DNA from: Ginkgo biloba
Lineage: Eukaryota > Plantae > Ginkgophyta
DNA length: 44,133 nt
Assembly: GCA_024626585.2 (NCBI GenBank)
Contig: JANKJI020000002.1
Location: 266,775,084 to 266,819,216 of the forward strand
Direction of reading: 5' to 3'
The notes under the pieces: generated by a model
What the model was told of the DNA's origin: nothing
Database searches by the model: none
What the model saw: only the letters and a program-made list of their open reading frames with translations
Position numbers and translations under genes: made by a program
Shown here: positions 1-12,710 of the stretch, piece after piece
Layout of the letters: each line of letters begins with the position of its first letter
Position numbering within the stretch: the first letter of the stretch is position 1

Positions 1-762
1 ATGTTAAGAGGCAATGAACAGTTAAGATGTTAGAACTGAAGGACCTACCCAAGAAGAAGCCCAGTCTGAGAAAGAGATGAAGCAAATAATTTTTTTTGTG
101 TACTTAATTTTTTTGATAATCTGTATAGAAGTTTTTCCTTCATAGGTGTTAAGAAGTTTTTTGTTCAAAAATCCCAATCATGTGAATGTAATTTTTTTAT
201 GTAAGGTCTAAGATATGTTCTTATCCTGTATTATTAAGTGTCCCTTAGGCTAAATTTATTGAGTAAGCTACCTAAAAATGAAATTATTAAACTCCCAAGT
301 GAGTGTGCAAACTAAGTTTGTAAGTTTCCCATAATCGAGTTGTGATGTTGCAGGTGGCAACAAATGAAGTGGCATGTTTTTCCACAAAATTGTTGAGATG
401 AGTGTAGTACCACAATGTGTGAGTGGAATGGATTTGTGGGGATGATATCCCACTATTTCTTGATTTGGTAAAATAGCATGTATCTAGGCAATGCTCCTAT
501 ATAACTGGCAAGCACCATGGCTAGTTACCTAGGTGTCTCAATAGATGGCAATGTGCCCATATGCATTATCAAGTCAAACAATTATATTGATGAAGAAGGT
601 CTGCTAAGTACAGGGAATAACCTCTAATGAGTATATTTAACTCATTAGAGGTTTGGGCTAGATCTATGCATAAGAATGCAAATTAGAAACTTGAAAAATT
701 GTCATTCTTAAAAAACGTATAGGAATATTCTACTTTTTTATATAGGGTTTATATAGTCCATT

Positions 763-3700
763 TGATATTAGATTGATGAGAGACATCATGGGAATAAGAT
801 GGAGGAGAATCCATTTGCAAAAGGTACTATAGATGATTGTGTGGACCACCTTCAAGCTATGGTGAACCAATTGATGAACGGGCAAGAAAAATTATTGGAA
901 TCTTTATCTAACCTTGGTACTATGATTATATAAGCTTACTTGTAAGGTGCATCACAAATTGCTCAATTTGCTCTAATTTTATTCACTACAACCGCATTAG
1001 CTCTTCTAGAACAAGATAAGAAGGTTCTCCCAAATAACATCCAATGAATGTTCAAGTTCAACCATAAGTTGTTTCTCAAAGCAATAAAAATCAACCTTTC
1101 ATGGGACAAAGATCCTTTCAACATACGGTCTAAGGGAGACATTTATGTGTTTGATTGAAGGATAATAGCAGATAAGTTGGAGACATATACTCAGGCTTTA
1201 AAGGTATATCATTCTCATCAATTAAATTTTGATTTGCAAAAGATTACATTTGAGAGATGGTAGATGTTTAAGAAGTCCTTCCTTTAGTGGGAGTTTTATT
1301 GTTGGGAAAAAGTTAACATGGGTTGCCATATAATATGACTAATATTAAGAAGGAATTGAGGCACAATTTTTACCCTCTTAGTTATGAATGTGAATCATTT
1401 TTTAAATGGTAACATCTAAAATAAATAATAGGCCAAACAATGGAAGATTATTATGAAGAGTTTCAAAACATGTCAACTTGATTAGATGTTTAGGAAGTAA
1501 GGGAGAATTTGATCTTTACCTTTATTACTTATCTATGTCAAGAACTTTGATATAAGTGGAGTTGTTTCCAATTTACACTATGCAAAAGGCTTGCAAATTT
1601 GCTTCAAAAGTTAAGGTGAGAAGAAAAGAACCAAGTTCTCCAAGTAGTAAACTTATCAGAGGTTTATTTGAATATCTTTCCGATCTTCCTTCAATTCTAA
1701 AGGAAAGCAAGCTCCTACTATGGGTAGTAGGAAGAGGCCTAATAATGATGAGAATAATAAGAGAAAACATTACGAAAAGGTCAAGCAAGATGAGTCCATT
1801 ATCAACTATATCTAGATGAGGCACCAAAATCTTTGCATTAAGAGCCCAAAAAACAAGGATCTAGATGCAATTATTATTTTGGATACAAGAATTTTTTCCC
1901 TGCCTTTGTTTGAAAAAAAACAAACAATAAAGCTATAGAGAATTTTTTTTCTTTGAAGATGTAAATTAAGCACAAAGTGTTACTAATAGTATTAGATAAT
2001 GGTAATTACATAAACTTAATAGCAACATGTGCAATGAGAGAGCTTGGCTTAGAGATTGTACCCCATTTAAATCCATACTCCATTAATGGAAGGACAAAAG
2101 AATATAGTGAATGGGTAACTTTTTCTAATTTGTTATTACCAAACAACATATAGATGAGATTATTTGTGATGTTGCTCCCATGGATTACAAAATTATGTTA
2201 TTAGAGATTTCTTCTTGCATAATAAGAAAGCCACACTCTTTTCCTTTCAAGGACAAGTGAAGGTTGCATAAAGATGAAGCTTCTATTATTATTAAACTAA
2301 TTTCCATATCTTGCTCTTCAAATTTGGTTATTAGTACAATAACAAAAATGCTTAGTGCAAGCCCTGCATATATTTGTGTTGAGTATGTTGAGAGGTCAAC
2401 AAGCATCTAACAGGAAGTTCAAATTAGATTTGAGTACAACCATAAAGAGTGATGAGAAAAGTCAATAATTGGATGGTGTAATGTAGTGATATGTCGATGT
2501 GTTCCAATAGCCCCATGAGTTACCATGAGAGAGAACAATATCCCATCCTATTCACCTTTTGTTAGGTGCACCACTACCTATTAGTGTACTTTAGAGTAAG
2601 TCTTCAATAGTGGATGAGGAAACACAAGGTTAATTCATAAACAATTAGTGAAAGGCCACATTAAGTGTAATTCTTCAGCATCAAGATCAATAGTTATATG
2701 TTTGCCAAAGAAAGCTAACACACAGAAGATGTGTATAAAATTTGAAGGCATCGATAATATACCAATATAGAATTGATACCCTCTACCTAAGATCCACCTA
2801 AGATTGATAATTTAGTAAATCAAATGCAAGGTACTACTTATTACAACAAGATTGATCTCAAATCATGATAAAGTGAGCGTTAAGGAAGGAAATACTCGAA
2901 ACACAACTTTCAAGACTAAACAAGGTCTCTATGAGTGGTTTATAATGCCATTTAGATTTTCTAATGCATGTGCTAGTTTTGTATGGTTGATAAATGAGTG
3001 GTTTATTGTGCCATTTAGATTTCCTAATGCATGTGCTACCATTTCTAGATTTTTTTTATTGTTGTCAACTTGGTTGATATATTTCCAGTGACACATAAGA
3101 GGCGCATGTTGTTCATAGATATAGAGTTCTTTACAAATTGAGAAAGAATTAATCAAAATCCAATATAAGCAAGTGTATTATTATCATAGTTTGTCCTTGG
3201 ATTTCATTCTCGTGAAGATGGATTCAGAGTAGGCCCAAAAAAGATTCAAGTTTGGGAAAATTAACAAGGCCAACTAATGTCCATAAACTTTGTAGTTTAT
3301 TAGACTTGTTAATTACTACAAGAAGTTTGCCCTTGGATTTTTTGAATTGTGTTTTTTTATATATAAGCTTACTCAAACTAAGAGTGCATATATACAAACA
3401 AAGAATTCCCAAGATGCTACTAATCTCTTAAAGCATAAGTTATGCACATATTTAGTTTTTGCTATGCCAAATTTTCAATTCTCTTGAGGTGGTGATGGAT
3501 GAATCATGACATGCTATAGGAGTATTGAACAAACTAGTTGCTTATCATTTTGAGTTGTACAATTTCACAATACATAATTATAATGCTTTACGCAAGACAT
3601 CTATGTTCTTGTTCAAACAATCAAATAATCAACCACTACAAGTTCCACATACTCAAAGAAAGTTAAGAGAATCATCATCCCGACCAAGTGGATGAATTTT

Positions 3701-5185
3701 CTTAATAATTCCATATTATTATCAAGTATAAAAATCAGAGTGTGAACAAGATAGTTCATTTCTTGAGTGGACCTCTAATGCTTTGTTTAAACAGTTGGGT
3801 ACTACATTCTTTGAAAATATAAAATGGAAAGATATTTATACCAATGCCTTGGATTTTGCATTTGATGCAACGAGGCTTGAAGGCCCTTTATATGAAAGAG
3901 ATGATTCTTATGTGAAAGTTCAAGATTTAAGCAGCTAGCATGAGAGACATTATTCTAGAGTTGTATGACACTTTAGGATTAAGAAGACTCTATACAAACA
4001 TATTTATAGTGGTCAAACGTGAAACCAGATGTGTTAAAACGTGTGGAATCATGTGCTTCGTGTTGTATATTCAAACCCTCTACAAGGAAGCTTTGTAAGT
4101 ACCAACCATTAAAAGTACCAAACAAATTACAAGACTTTATTTATATGGAATTTCTCGAGATTTCCTACTACATATTTATTGTTGCTAACTTCAACAAAAT
4201 GATAGTTCTTATGGCCTATAAGAAGGCAATATCAGCGCAATAAATAGCTAATCTTTTCTTCATGCATGTATGGATTTATTATGGCTTGTGTTTTTCTATA
4301 TTTTCAAATATGAACATTAGGCACCATAATTTATTTTGGATTACACAATGTAGCATGATGGATACCAAATTGAAGAGGTTGTATATTTTTTGCCTCTAAT
4401 AAATGAATAGAAAAAGGTCATGAACATAACCATAGCCCATGATTTGTACATCTAGAATGGTCATTATTTTGAAACACTAATTGATAGTCTTCCTTATATT
4501 TGATATAACTATAATAAGAGTTAGTGATAACTACATTAGTGTCCCACATTTTAAGGCATGCTTGGTGTACCTTCCTACTACTTCTATGGGTTTTCATATC
4601 TCAATTTCACATGCAAGTCGAGCACTTCATAGAACATATTTAGAAACTTTGAAATTAAGTGCAAGAGGCTTTAACAAACGCACCAATGCAAGGAGAAAAG
4701 TGACGAGGATAGAGTTGAACATTACTTCCAAGTAGAATATTGTGTATGGTATGCTTTAATCTTTTAGAGGTTCAAGGATATAGAGCAAGACCAGTACAAT
4801 TAAGTATAGGCTTCATATTATTATTAAGCAAACTCCAGAGAATGTCTTTGGTTTGGATTACCACTATAAGTGGTTTTACATCTAATTTTGAATGTAAAAA
4901 AACTTAAAACTTTTTCTACCTCTATTGATGGTAGAAGAGAATAAAGATTGTCTCATTAATAACCAAAAAAAATACTACATTTTAAAGATCCATTGAAGGA
5001 GGATAAAGTTTTTGAACACCACATCAAGCCAATAAACTCTCCTATAACTTATTCATTATGGATAAGGTACAATATTGTCATCACACAAGGTGGATTTCTA
5101 TGGACAAATTACAAAAAGACTTTACTCGACTAATAAACAGAGCATTGGAGACCACTATTTCCAAAACGACAGAGAAATCAATATG
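763..5185 (+). mobile_element. Degenerate Ty3/gypsy LTR retrotransposon internal region (gag-PR-RT-RH-IN pseudogene)
   Basis: Decayed Met-tRNA PBS TGATATTAGA at 763. Gag-like 'KKELRHNFYPLSYE..FFKW*HLK' ~1350-1420; protease 'IVLDNG' ~1990; RT 'YPLPKI', 'TTFKTKQGLYEWFIMPF' ~2775-2960; RNase H ~3480-3780; integrase Zn-finger 'VESCASC..KPSTRKLCKYQPLKVP' ~4020-4120; GPY/F-like region ~4800-4910. The order RT-RH-IN is gypsy. Many stops and frameshifts; no matching LTR pair recognised. Confidence 0.9.
2931..3038 (+). repeat. 45-bp direct duplication inside the RT (offset 63 bp)
   Basis: 2931-2975 and 2994-3038 both read ATGAGTGGTTTAT..TGCCATTTAGATTT.CTAATGCATGTGCTA, with 3 mismatches. Confidence 0.9.
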
Positions 5186-5767
5186 ACAAAATGTATCAAT
5201 TTTGTATGCTTAGATGTTTTCTTCCCTTGTTTCTTTTATCTTGTTTTTAAGCCCTTGACGACCTTATAAATTGATAAAAAATGTAGAAGACCATTCCTTA
5301 TGAAACAAAATTTTATTTTGTGAAATATTTCACTCGGTTGGAGCCACCACAAAGACATGTCACTTATTTGAATGGCAAAACAATGGTGACTTCTATTTTG
5401 CTGCAATTTTTTCAAAATACACACAACTTGAAGGTAAAAGCAATGTTAATTTTTTCAAGTTTCTATGTTCATTTTTTAACACTCATATTATAGAAGTGAT
5501 TTCTATATTTGCTTCTTTAATAAAGTAATATGTAGTAAAAAGTTTCCACCTTCCGTGCATGGGAAAGGTTATTATCACTAGTTATTAGAGGGCCATGGAA
5601 GCTAGAGGGTGCAAAACAACAAATCCATATTGTAATGGCAAATCAAAAACAAAAGTTATATTTTTTTGTAGTTAAAGCTTCAACTTTTTTTCTCTTTTAA
5701 TTAATAAAATTAATTACACTATAACCATTTTGGAGAGTGTATTACTTGCCTCTTCCAAAGGGGATTA

Positions 5768-6360
5768 TAATATATTATTTTACCAATGACATACAAGTGA
5801 ATTCCCATGGATGGATTGATTCTTATCCAACACTAGTTTATGGAATACTTGTTGAAATACTATTTAATTCCTATCTTGAATTAAGAATATTATTCCTAAC
5901 ATTTATTTTTTAAAATTAGAGATAAAACTTACTTGATTGGAATTAATTGTTATTAGTAGTAATTAGATATTAAATTACTCTTTACTCGCTAATGATTAAA
6001 ATTTTAATCCAATTGTAACTCCTTAACCATGTGTCATTGTGTTCACATATGTATTCTCATTTGAATATTCTCTCACATGCATGAACTCCCACTAGTGATA
6101 TGTCAACTCCATAGCTATGTAACTCCTTTAGATTTTTCACATATTGTATAAATAAGTGTATTTACTCCATTCTCTCATCTTAAATCAACATATAGAATAG
6201 AGTTTGAGAGATTTAATGTGAAATTTTGTTCTCTCACATTTCGTGGGAACTTGAATTGAGTTATTTTCATTTAATAAAAAAAGAATTATTGTATAAAAAA
6301 AAATTTGCATGTGAAATATAACCCTTTTCCATTTCTCTAAGTTTCTCCTAATTTTTTACA
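5768..6360 (+). mobile_element. Possible degenerate LTR remnant
   Basis: Purine run AAAGGGGA just before it, TATAAATA at ~6148, and a TTTTTACA end. No partner copy in the window. Confidence 0.3.
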
Positions 6361-8119
6361 CTTGTGACTATGATTGATGACAACCCATGTTTCAAGGCTA
6401 TACTCTACTTATTCAAAGTCTTTCAACTACCTTGAGGCTTGCAATTATATCATAAGATTTCAAATTCAATCCTTCATAGGAATTTGTGATTAGATCCACC
6501 ATTCCCAATAGAAACAAATTTAAAAGATCCGCCCTTCTTATGACGTGTGAAGAGTCCTTTAGAATCTAGCTTGTAATTCAAAAAACTAAGAACACTTCAC
6601 CTTAAAATACTACAAGAACTCATCAAACAAGCTATAAAATAAAAGGATTCCAAAATGTGATCATTCTTTTGATAAAGTATAACTTTAGGCTTTTGTTTAT
6701 AGAACAAAGAATTCACACCCTCCTACCCTCCTGCATTGTTAAAATAGCAGTTATAAGGTACTAAGGTTTTCAGAATGTGCAACATGACTCAGAGCTAGAA
6801 TTGGCTTGTACAATGATAATTCTAAAATATCATAATGAATTTTCAAGTGTGGAATATTTCTCCCAAATAACAATATCTAAATTCAATGAAACCAAAAATA
6901 TTGCAAAAAAAATCAAATTTTGTGTATCGATTAGTTCCGATAAATTTTAGCTTGTAAAAGACTTTGCTTAATAGAAGTTGAGATGAATCTTCATTTTAAA
7001 TTGGCAAATGGTTTCTAAGAAATTTTATAAAAAATGGCCAAATCTTATTGAAGGGCTATCTTTTATTATAAAATATAAGCAAAATATCAATTGACTCACA
7101 AGAAACTTAATAGTAGGACGCCTCAATGTCTTCATGCCAAAGAGGTTGCCCTGGACAACAAGGGCAGCAAAAGTATGAATTGAATCCACAAATGCACTAA
7201 AAACCCTAAAAAAAATCATGGTGCGAGATATAAATTCAACAATCAAATTCTTTATAAAAGAATTACTCACGTAACCCAACAAGTGCTGACTAATTCATTA
7301 CAAATAATGGATGCTGAATAGTGCCTTCAACAATCATTGCCTCCAACATTCCTGCTCATTTTGCACTCATCTTCATAACTACAACTATTTCCATCCAAAA
7401 TTAAATTTCTACATTTTTTAAGCGCCTCCCTATACATTTCAAGAAAGCAGAATCTGTACAATTTTATCAAAGTTGGTTTGGCTTGTTTTTACTAGATTGG
7501 TACCACAATTAGTATAAAAATGACAACTAAGGCTTACAAATTATATATATAACTTGACTTAACCAGCAGTGGGAAGGGAACCTAATCATCTACAGTATCT
7601 AATAGCAGCACACCATTGAATAGATTTACAGTAATTCATAATAGCACTTCAAAAAGTCTGACAGGCAACACTAGCCATCATTATGCAATTGGTTTACTTA
7701 TCAAAGTATTTGTGCATGTTTGCAAGTAACACTAATTTAATATGCACGACTGTTCAAATTGTTTTGACTCACAAGTATACCAAGTGCACGCATGCACACT
7801 CACTCACTCCACAAACTTTGCACTATCTGGTATAGAGTTCACATTGTAAACAGTTTCGGACCACCCTACATAGATCTTCCAATTTCTTGTCCAATACAAT
7901 GGACATAAGTAGGGAGGCAACCCAGGAAAATGTCCATGTCAAAACTCTGACTGCACCATCCCACTGGACTTGTACATTGCAAATACTTCTTCCCACAGGA
8001 AAAGGGAATTATGCAATGTTAGTGGCCAAAATGATAGGGAATATAAATAGCAAGACGAATAGACAACGTGCCTGAGTAGTGAGCATTATCAATATGGAAT
8101 TGAAAAGAGAGGAAATGCT

Positions 8120-9015
8120 TAGTAGAGTGAGATGAATGAATATAACAGAGAGTTGAGGATTCTTTTAGGAANNNNNNNNNNNNNNNNNNNNNNNNNNNNN
8201 NNNNNNNNNNNNNNNNNNNNNNNNNNNNNNNNNNNNNNNNNNNNNNNNNNNNNNNNNNNNNNNNNNNNNNNCTAGAATGATTTGTCACTTTTATAGGAAT
8301 CGTTACTCTTGAGTGTGTAATGTATCCTCCAACTAACAATAAAGATGTAATCCTTGATGAAATTATATCCAATGCAATATACCTATGAGATCTTGCATAG
8401 GCCAAGATAGTATTATATAAGATTGCTTTTCCTATCCAAAGGCAGCAACAATGAAGAGATGGTTGTGATGTAGGATATGTTCTTGATTCATAGATTGCAT
8501 GATTGGTTGGAAAATGTGTGTTTTTTTATAACTCAAGTAGTATTAGTTTCATTCAAAAATTGATTTTAACTTTTCTACATCATAATCAAGTTCATATTTT
8601 ATTAAAATATCATCTTCACCATGACCATGATGTGTATCTCTAAGTGTTAATATCTTAAGAAAATCCTCGAGTGTCCATTTACATTGAAGTAAATTTCCTT
8701 CCAAGTTCTATAGTGCCATATTTTCAAGCTAATCAAGAGTATAATATTTTGAAATTTGTTAATTTAAATCATAGATAAGACAATCTAAGTACTTCATCCA
8801 TATTTCATGTAGTTTTACTAGATTACAATAAAGAAATATAGATATAAAAACTTGGCGTAATTTTATACCCCTTGTCTTTGAATGTATAGGTTCTGCTAAG
8901 TATAAATCCCTTTCAAAATCATCCATTAACAATCCAAGGAAATTTTCATCTTGTTTATATATTGGATATGTAACACCATGAATGGTTCTCAAGTCCTCAA
9001 AGCTTCACTTGGCAT
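8120..9015 (-). mobile_element. Helitron RepHel (PIF1-like helicase) internal fragment, pseudogenised
   Basis: 'SFEDLRTIHGVTYPIYKQ..LGLLMDD..LRQVFISIFLYC..EIWMKY' matches the Helitron Rep-helicase linker. 'LFIV..GKAILYNTILAYARS..IALDIISSRITSLLLVGGYITHSRVTIPI' is a decayed PIF1 Walker A and motif Ia (consensus GTGKT..IALAVASSGIAALLLPGGRTAHSRFKIP). No TC/CTRR termini seen; contains a 100-N gap. Confidence 0.9.
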
Positions 9016-9224
9016 CCAATTTACCCTCAGGTCTTACGTTTTCAACACTAGTCTAGTCGATCCTCCTATTTAATCATTATTTTACCCCTCACCAACCAAT
9101 ATTGGAAAACATAGTCAGAAAATTTGTGTCTGGGATACCATTTTAAAAAACAAAAAGCCTCAGCCACATGTTTGAAAATGGAGCACAAATATAAAGAATT
9201 AAGTAAAAAACCCATGGAACTCAC

Positions 9225-9440
9225 CAAAGACAACTTCACAGTGATATACTTCAGGCTCAATCTCCGTTCAATTAGTCCACAATCCAACCGCGGGTCCCTC
9301 TTTGAGTTCAGCCAAGATCTCTTCCATTCAGTCAGAGTGGAAATTTCAAGTGAACCATATAGCACATGAGAAAGAAACGTTAGCAGAGCCTGTATAGAGG
9401 ACACAGACATTTCAGCCTCTGAAACCTCTGTATAAAACTC
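9225..9440 (-). other. Putative non-coding 3'-UTR exon of the glucanase gene
   Basis: Bounded by acceptor CTTCTGGTTGTTTCTTTCAG| (AG at 9442-9441) and donor TTG|GTGAGT (GT at 9224-9223). The upstream donor is AAAG|GTAAGA (GT at 9666-9665). No transcript evidence. Confidence 0.45.
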
Positions 9441-9749
9441 CTGAAAGAAACAACCAGAAGCCTCATATTATATTACTACACAAAGAACCAAATACTACAC
9501 TATGGTTACTAAGATGGCCTTCAGTAGCATCTGCACATATGCCTGTAAGCAATTCCATATGACCTCAGGATATGGGCAGCTTCAGGCATTCAGTCTCTAG
9601 CGTTTGGACTTTTTTCACAAAGCTGTTCAGAAAAATAACTACAAGAGAGAAGAAATTCACTCTTACCTTTTGTGACAGTACATAGGATTTGCTGTTAAAA
9701 CAGTCCGTATATAGAGCTGAAAGAATGAATGCATATAATCTATGGTACT

Positions 9750-10863
9750 TTAAAACATAGCAACCAGAAAAGTCAGTGTACATATCACAACTCTCCATTG
9801 GGCTGTCACAAGTTTCAATGAACTGCTGTACAGAGCAGAAGCAGATGAGTCACTAGTCCCAACCAGAAACCGGCAATCCCCAATGGAAGGGTCTACAATT
9901 GTGATCATCCCAAGCCCATCAAAATCACAGCTGGCTACAGATTGATTGTGTAGTTGATAGTAGCTGTTGAAAGCATATGAAACATTACCTGGTGCTCTGA
10001 TACTATTGCAAGTACCTCCAGTAAAGAGGGCTGTGCAGTCAGCAGTTGAGCAGGCCAGCTGAACATGACTTGAAACATTGGACAAATCATGGTTATCATT
10101 TGCAACACACCACCTTGAAGGTAGGTACTGCACATTTTCTGCATTTACCAGACCTTTTGATCCTTTTCCTAAGTCAATATCATATTTAGCCTGGCCATCA
10201 AATGTAAATATACCCCAATGCCTTTCAAAATTTCCTGGCAGAATACTCTTTTGATCCTCGTCTAGCAGGCTAAACAAATATGTTTCTGTGGGGGGAATCC
10301 CTGGTCTAAGTGGGGTGCCCTTGTTGCTTACTATATGGCTAATCAGCCCTTTAGTGAATCTTTCTGCATTGCTAACACTTGAATTGACTGCTCCGTCTGT
10401 TGGCCATCCAATCTCTCCAATTATGATTGGCATTTCACCAAAGCCAATTTTTTTCAAGGCTGCCACAAGTGTGTCAAGATTTCCATCAAAATCATTGTAG
10501 TACCGATTCCGTCCATCAACCAGTGGATGAGTGGTGTTTTCAAAAAAGGCATAATCTACTGGAAATTTTTTGTCCTCATACAAACTTAAGAAGGGATAGA
10601 TATTAACCACAAAAGGAGATCCATTCTTGCTGAGGAATGAGACAAGCTGAAGCATAGTCTTATTCACATCATGCCTGAAGATTCCTTTTGATGGCAGCTT
10701 AGACTGGTAGACATCAGCATTGCAGGGAACCACAACTTTTATTTGGCTTGCAAGGTTTGCCTTTTCCAAAGCCATTTGCATGTTGACCACTGCAGGAAGT
10801 ACAAATGCCTGGAATTTTCCCTTGTAGCTCATGAGAAATGGCTCATTTCCAACAGCAACATAC
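9750..10863 (-). CDS. Glucan endo-1,3-beta-glucosidase (GH17 + X8/CBM43 + GPI signal), coding exon 2
   Basis: Acceptor TGTACAG|G. Catalytic motifs YVAVGNEP (acid/base) and GEIGWP (nucleophile); LFSLLDED..GNFERHWGIF; X8 'RWCVA..C..DCTAL..GGTC..SYAFNSYYQ..CDF..DPS..CRF'; Ser-rich linker and hydrophobic C-terminal tail; TAA at 9752-9750. Exons 347+1114 nt = 487 codons including the stop. Confidence 0.97.
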
Positions 10864-12363
10864 CTGTACATGTGCATCCAGGAATCAAAATGCATAGAGA
10901 TGATAAATCGAAGCATAAACCAATCAGAAAAATAGGCTCTGTTTGGTGTTAAGTTTCAAGATCGATTCATAAACACTGCCATTATCCTTCCACCTTCAGT
11001 GAATAAGCAACTTGCGTTTCTTTTCCTTGAGATTGAACACTGAAGCTGGCCAAGAACAAAATTTTGATATTGTTGCAAGGCCAGGAAGATTTAAGGCAAG
11101 TAGAACCACAAATAATGCACAATGCTAATGCAAACAAGAAGTTGTGGGATAATCAACAGAAACAATGCTCTTCTCCAGAATAGATTTTGAAAGGAGCACG
11201 AGTCTTTTGAAGAAAGAGAGCTTCCCTGCATATGCTGAAATATATTAATTATATTAATGCAAATTCTACCATTCCAGAAGAGTTTAGAACTTTAAGATGA
11301 TCTAAATTTGAAGTTAAAAAGAAGCAATTAAACAATTTTAAGAACAATCTATTTAAATAATAACGATATAGCAGAAACTTTGATGCCATGTGGTAGAAAC
11401 GGAACAGGAGCTATCAACAGTTTAATAGACTTTCAGTCAATTTGACTCACCTTCCACCAAATAATGACAGAGAACAATACTTTCAAGGCCATAGTACTAA
11501 GTCCCTTGGGCAGATTAGCAAGTGAATACGGTCAAACCTTCCACCGACCTCGTTTAGATCTTTGCTCAATTGAAAAATCACAAAACATTTCCATCAAACN
11601 NNNNNNNNNTGGAATCCTAAGGCTTGCTATTGTCATCGTGATTTAAGCAATAGTACTCACATGTACAGAACAACTAATAGCGTTTAGTTTGGACACAAGT
11701 AGTGGGATTTCACCCCAATTTCAGCAACAGCAACCAAATGACTCCGATGAAGCAATACTAATGACATTTAGTTTCAACATAACCAATTGTAAAGTTGCAC
11801 CCTAAACTAATAACCGATACAAAACTCTGACACAACCCAAAAGATTCATGACCTTCACGGTGAAGCAATACTACTTATATTTAGTTGAAGACAACCAGTG
11901 TTGGGAATGCACCCTAATGTCAGCTTTACTACAGTTTAACATAACCAAATTTGGAATCACACTCCAAGCTAGTGACCAATACAAAAGTCTTAATAACCCA
12001 GAAAAATGATGCCCTGAAATCTAACCCAGATTTGTTAAACACCAATTGAGGCTAAAACGACCACTAACCACAAACAGCTTATGCAAAAACTTATTAATAA
12101 TGTATCAGGTTACACTTCTGATGCACTGTTACTGGAATTTACTTTAAAATAACAGTCTGTTGGAGCTCCAAAGTCGGTCACGATAGTTAGGAAATGTGAC
12201 ATGAAATGCCAAGTTTTAGAATCCAGGGCATTGTGAAGAGATATTACAGCACTGTAAGACTAAAATTGCTTGCATTTTAAGTACCAACATTGTGTTTTGC
12301 AGCATGTAACTAGATAAGTAAATCTCTTAACAGGGGGAGAAGAGATGAATGTAACGTGCACAC
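10864..12363 (-). other. Phase-2 GT-AG intron of the glucanase (1500 bp including 10 N)
   Basis: ATCAG|GTGTGC donor and TGTACAG|GTAT acceptor restore 'GGVHIRYVAVGNE' in frame. Confidence 0.93.
11646..12005. repeat. Degenerate ~4-monomer repeat inside the intron
   Basis: AAGCAATA(C/G)TA..TTTAGTT..CACCC(C/T)AA recurs at ~11646, 11750 and 11863. The block AACATAACCAA..TACAAAA..AACCCA occurs at ~11776 and ~11938. Confidence 0.6.
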
Positions 12364-12710
12364 CTGATATGAACACCACCCTTGGAGGCATATCTGGTGA
12401 CATTATCATGAACCCAACTGTTTGCAGCTGCTTTAGACTTGCTTAAGGTCTGCAGCATCTGGTTAGGGATACCAACCATGACATTGATATTGGTGCCTGT
12501 GAGAGCCCGCAATATGATGGGATCTGCATCAAACAGCTTCACTTTGCTAATATTGTTGGCCCGCAGCATGTTCACAACAATGGGAGGTGACAGTCTATGG
12601 GATGATAAAGTACCCCAGTTCACACCTATTCCTCCGCCTGCTGTTAGCACAAAATGCAATGCTAACAAGAAACACAACACTTGCACCACTGCCTCCATCC
12701 TTAAAACCAT
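12364..12710 (-). CDS. Glucan endo-1,3-beta-glucosidase, coding exon 1 (signal peptide + GH17 N-terminus)
   Basis: ATG at 12710 (alternative in-frame ATG at 12698). Hydrophobic signal 'VVQVLCFLLALHFVLTAGG', then 'IGVNWGT..KVKLFDAD..VMVGIPN', typical of the GH17 start. Confidence 0.95.

Noticed and set aside
306-760. Candidate 5' LTR of the first gypsy element
   Set aside because: No similarity to sequence after ~5185 could be seen, so an LTR pair is unsupported.
9066-9410. 114-aa minus-strand ORF behind the glucanase
   Set aside because: No recognisable domain and it runs through a consensus donor into U-rich sequence; probably UTR.
10864-10916. N-terminal extension 'MLRFIISMHFDSWMHMY' of the 388-aa ORF
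   Set aside because: Intron sequence upstream of the acceptor; the true N-terminus is in exon 1.
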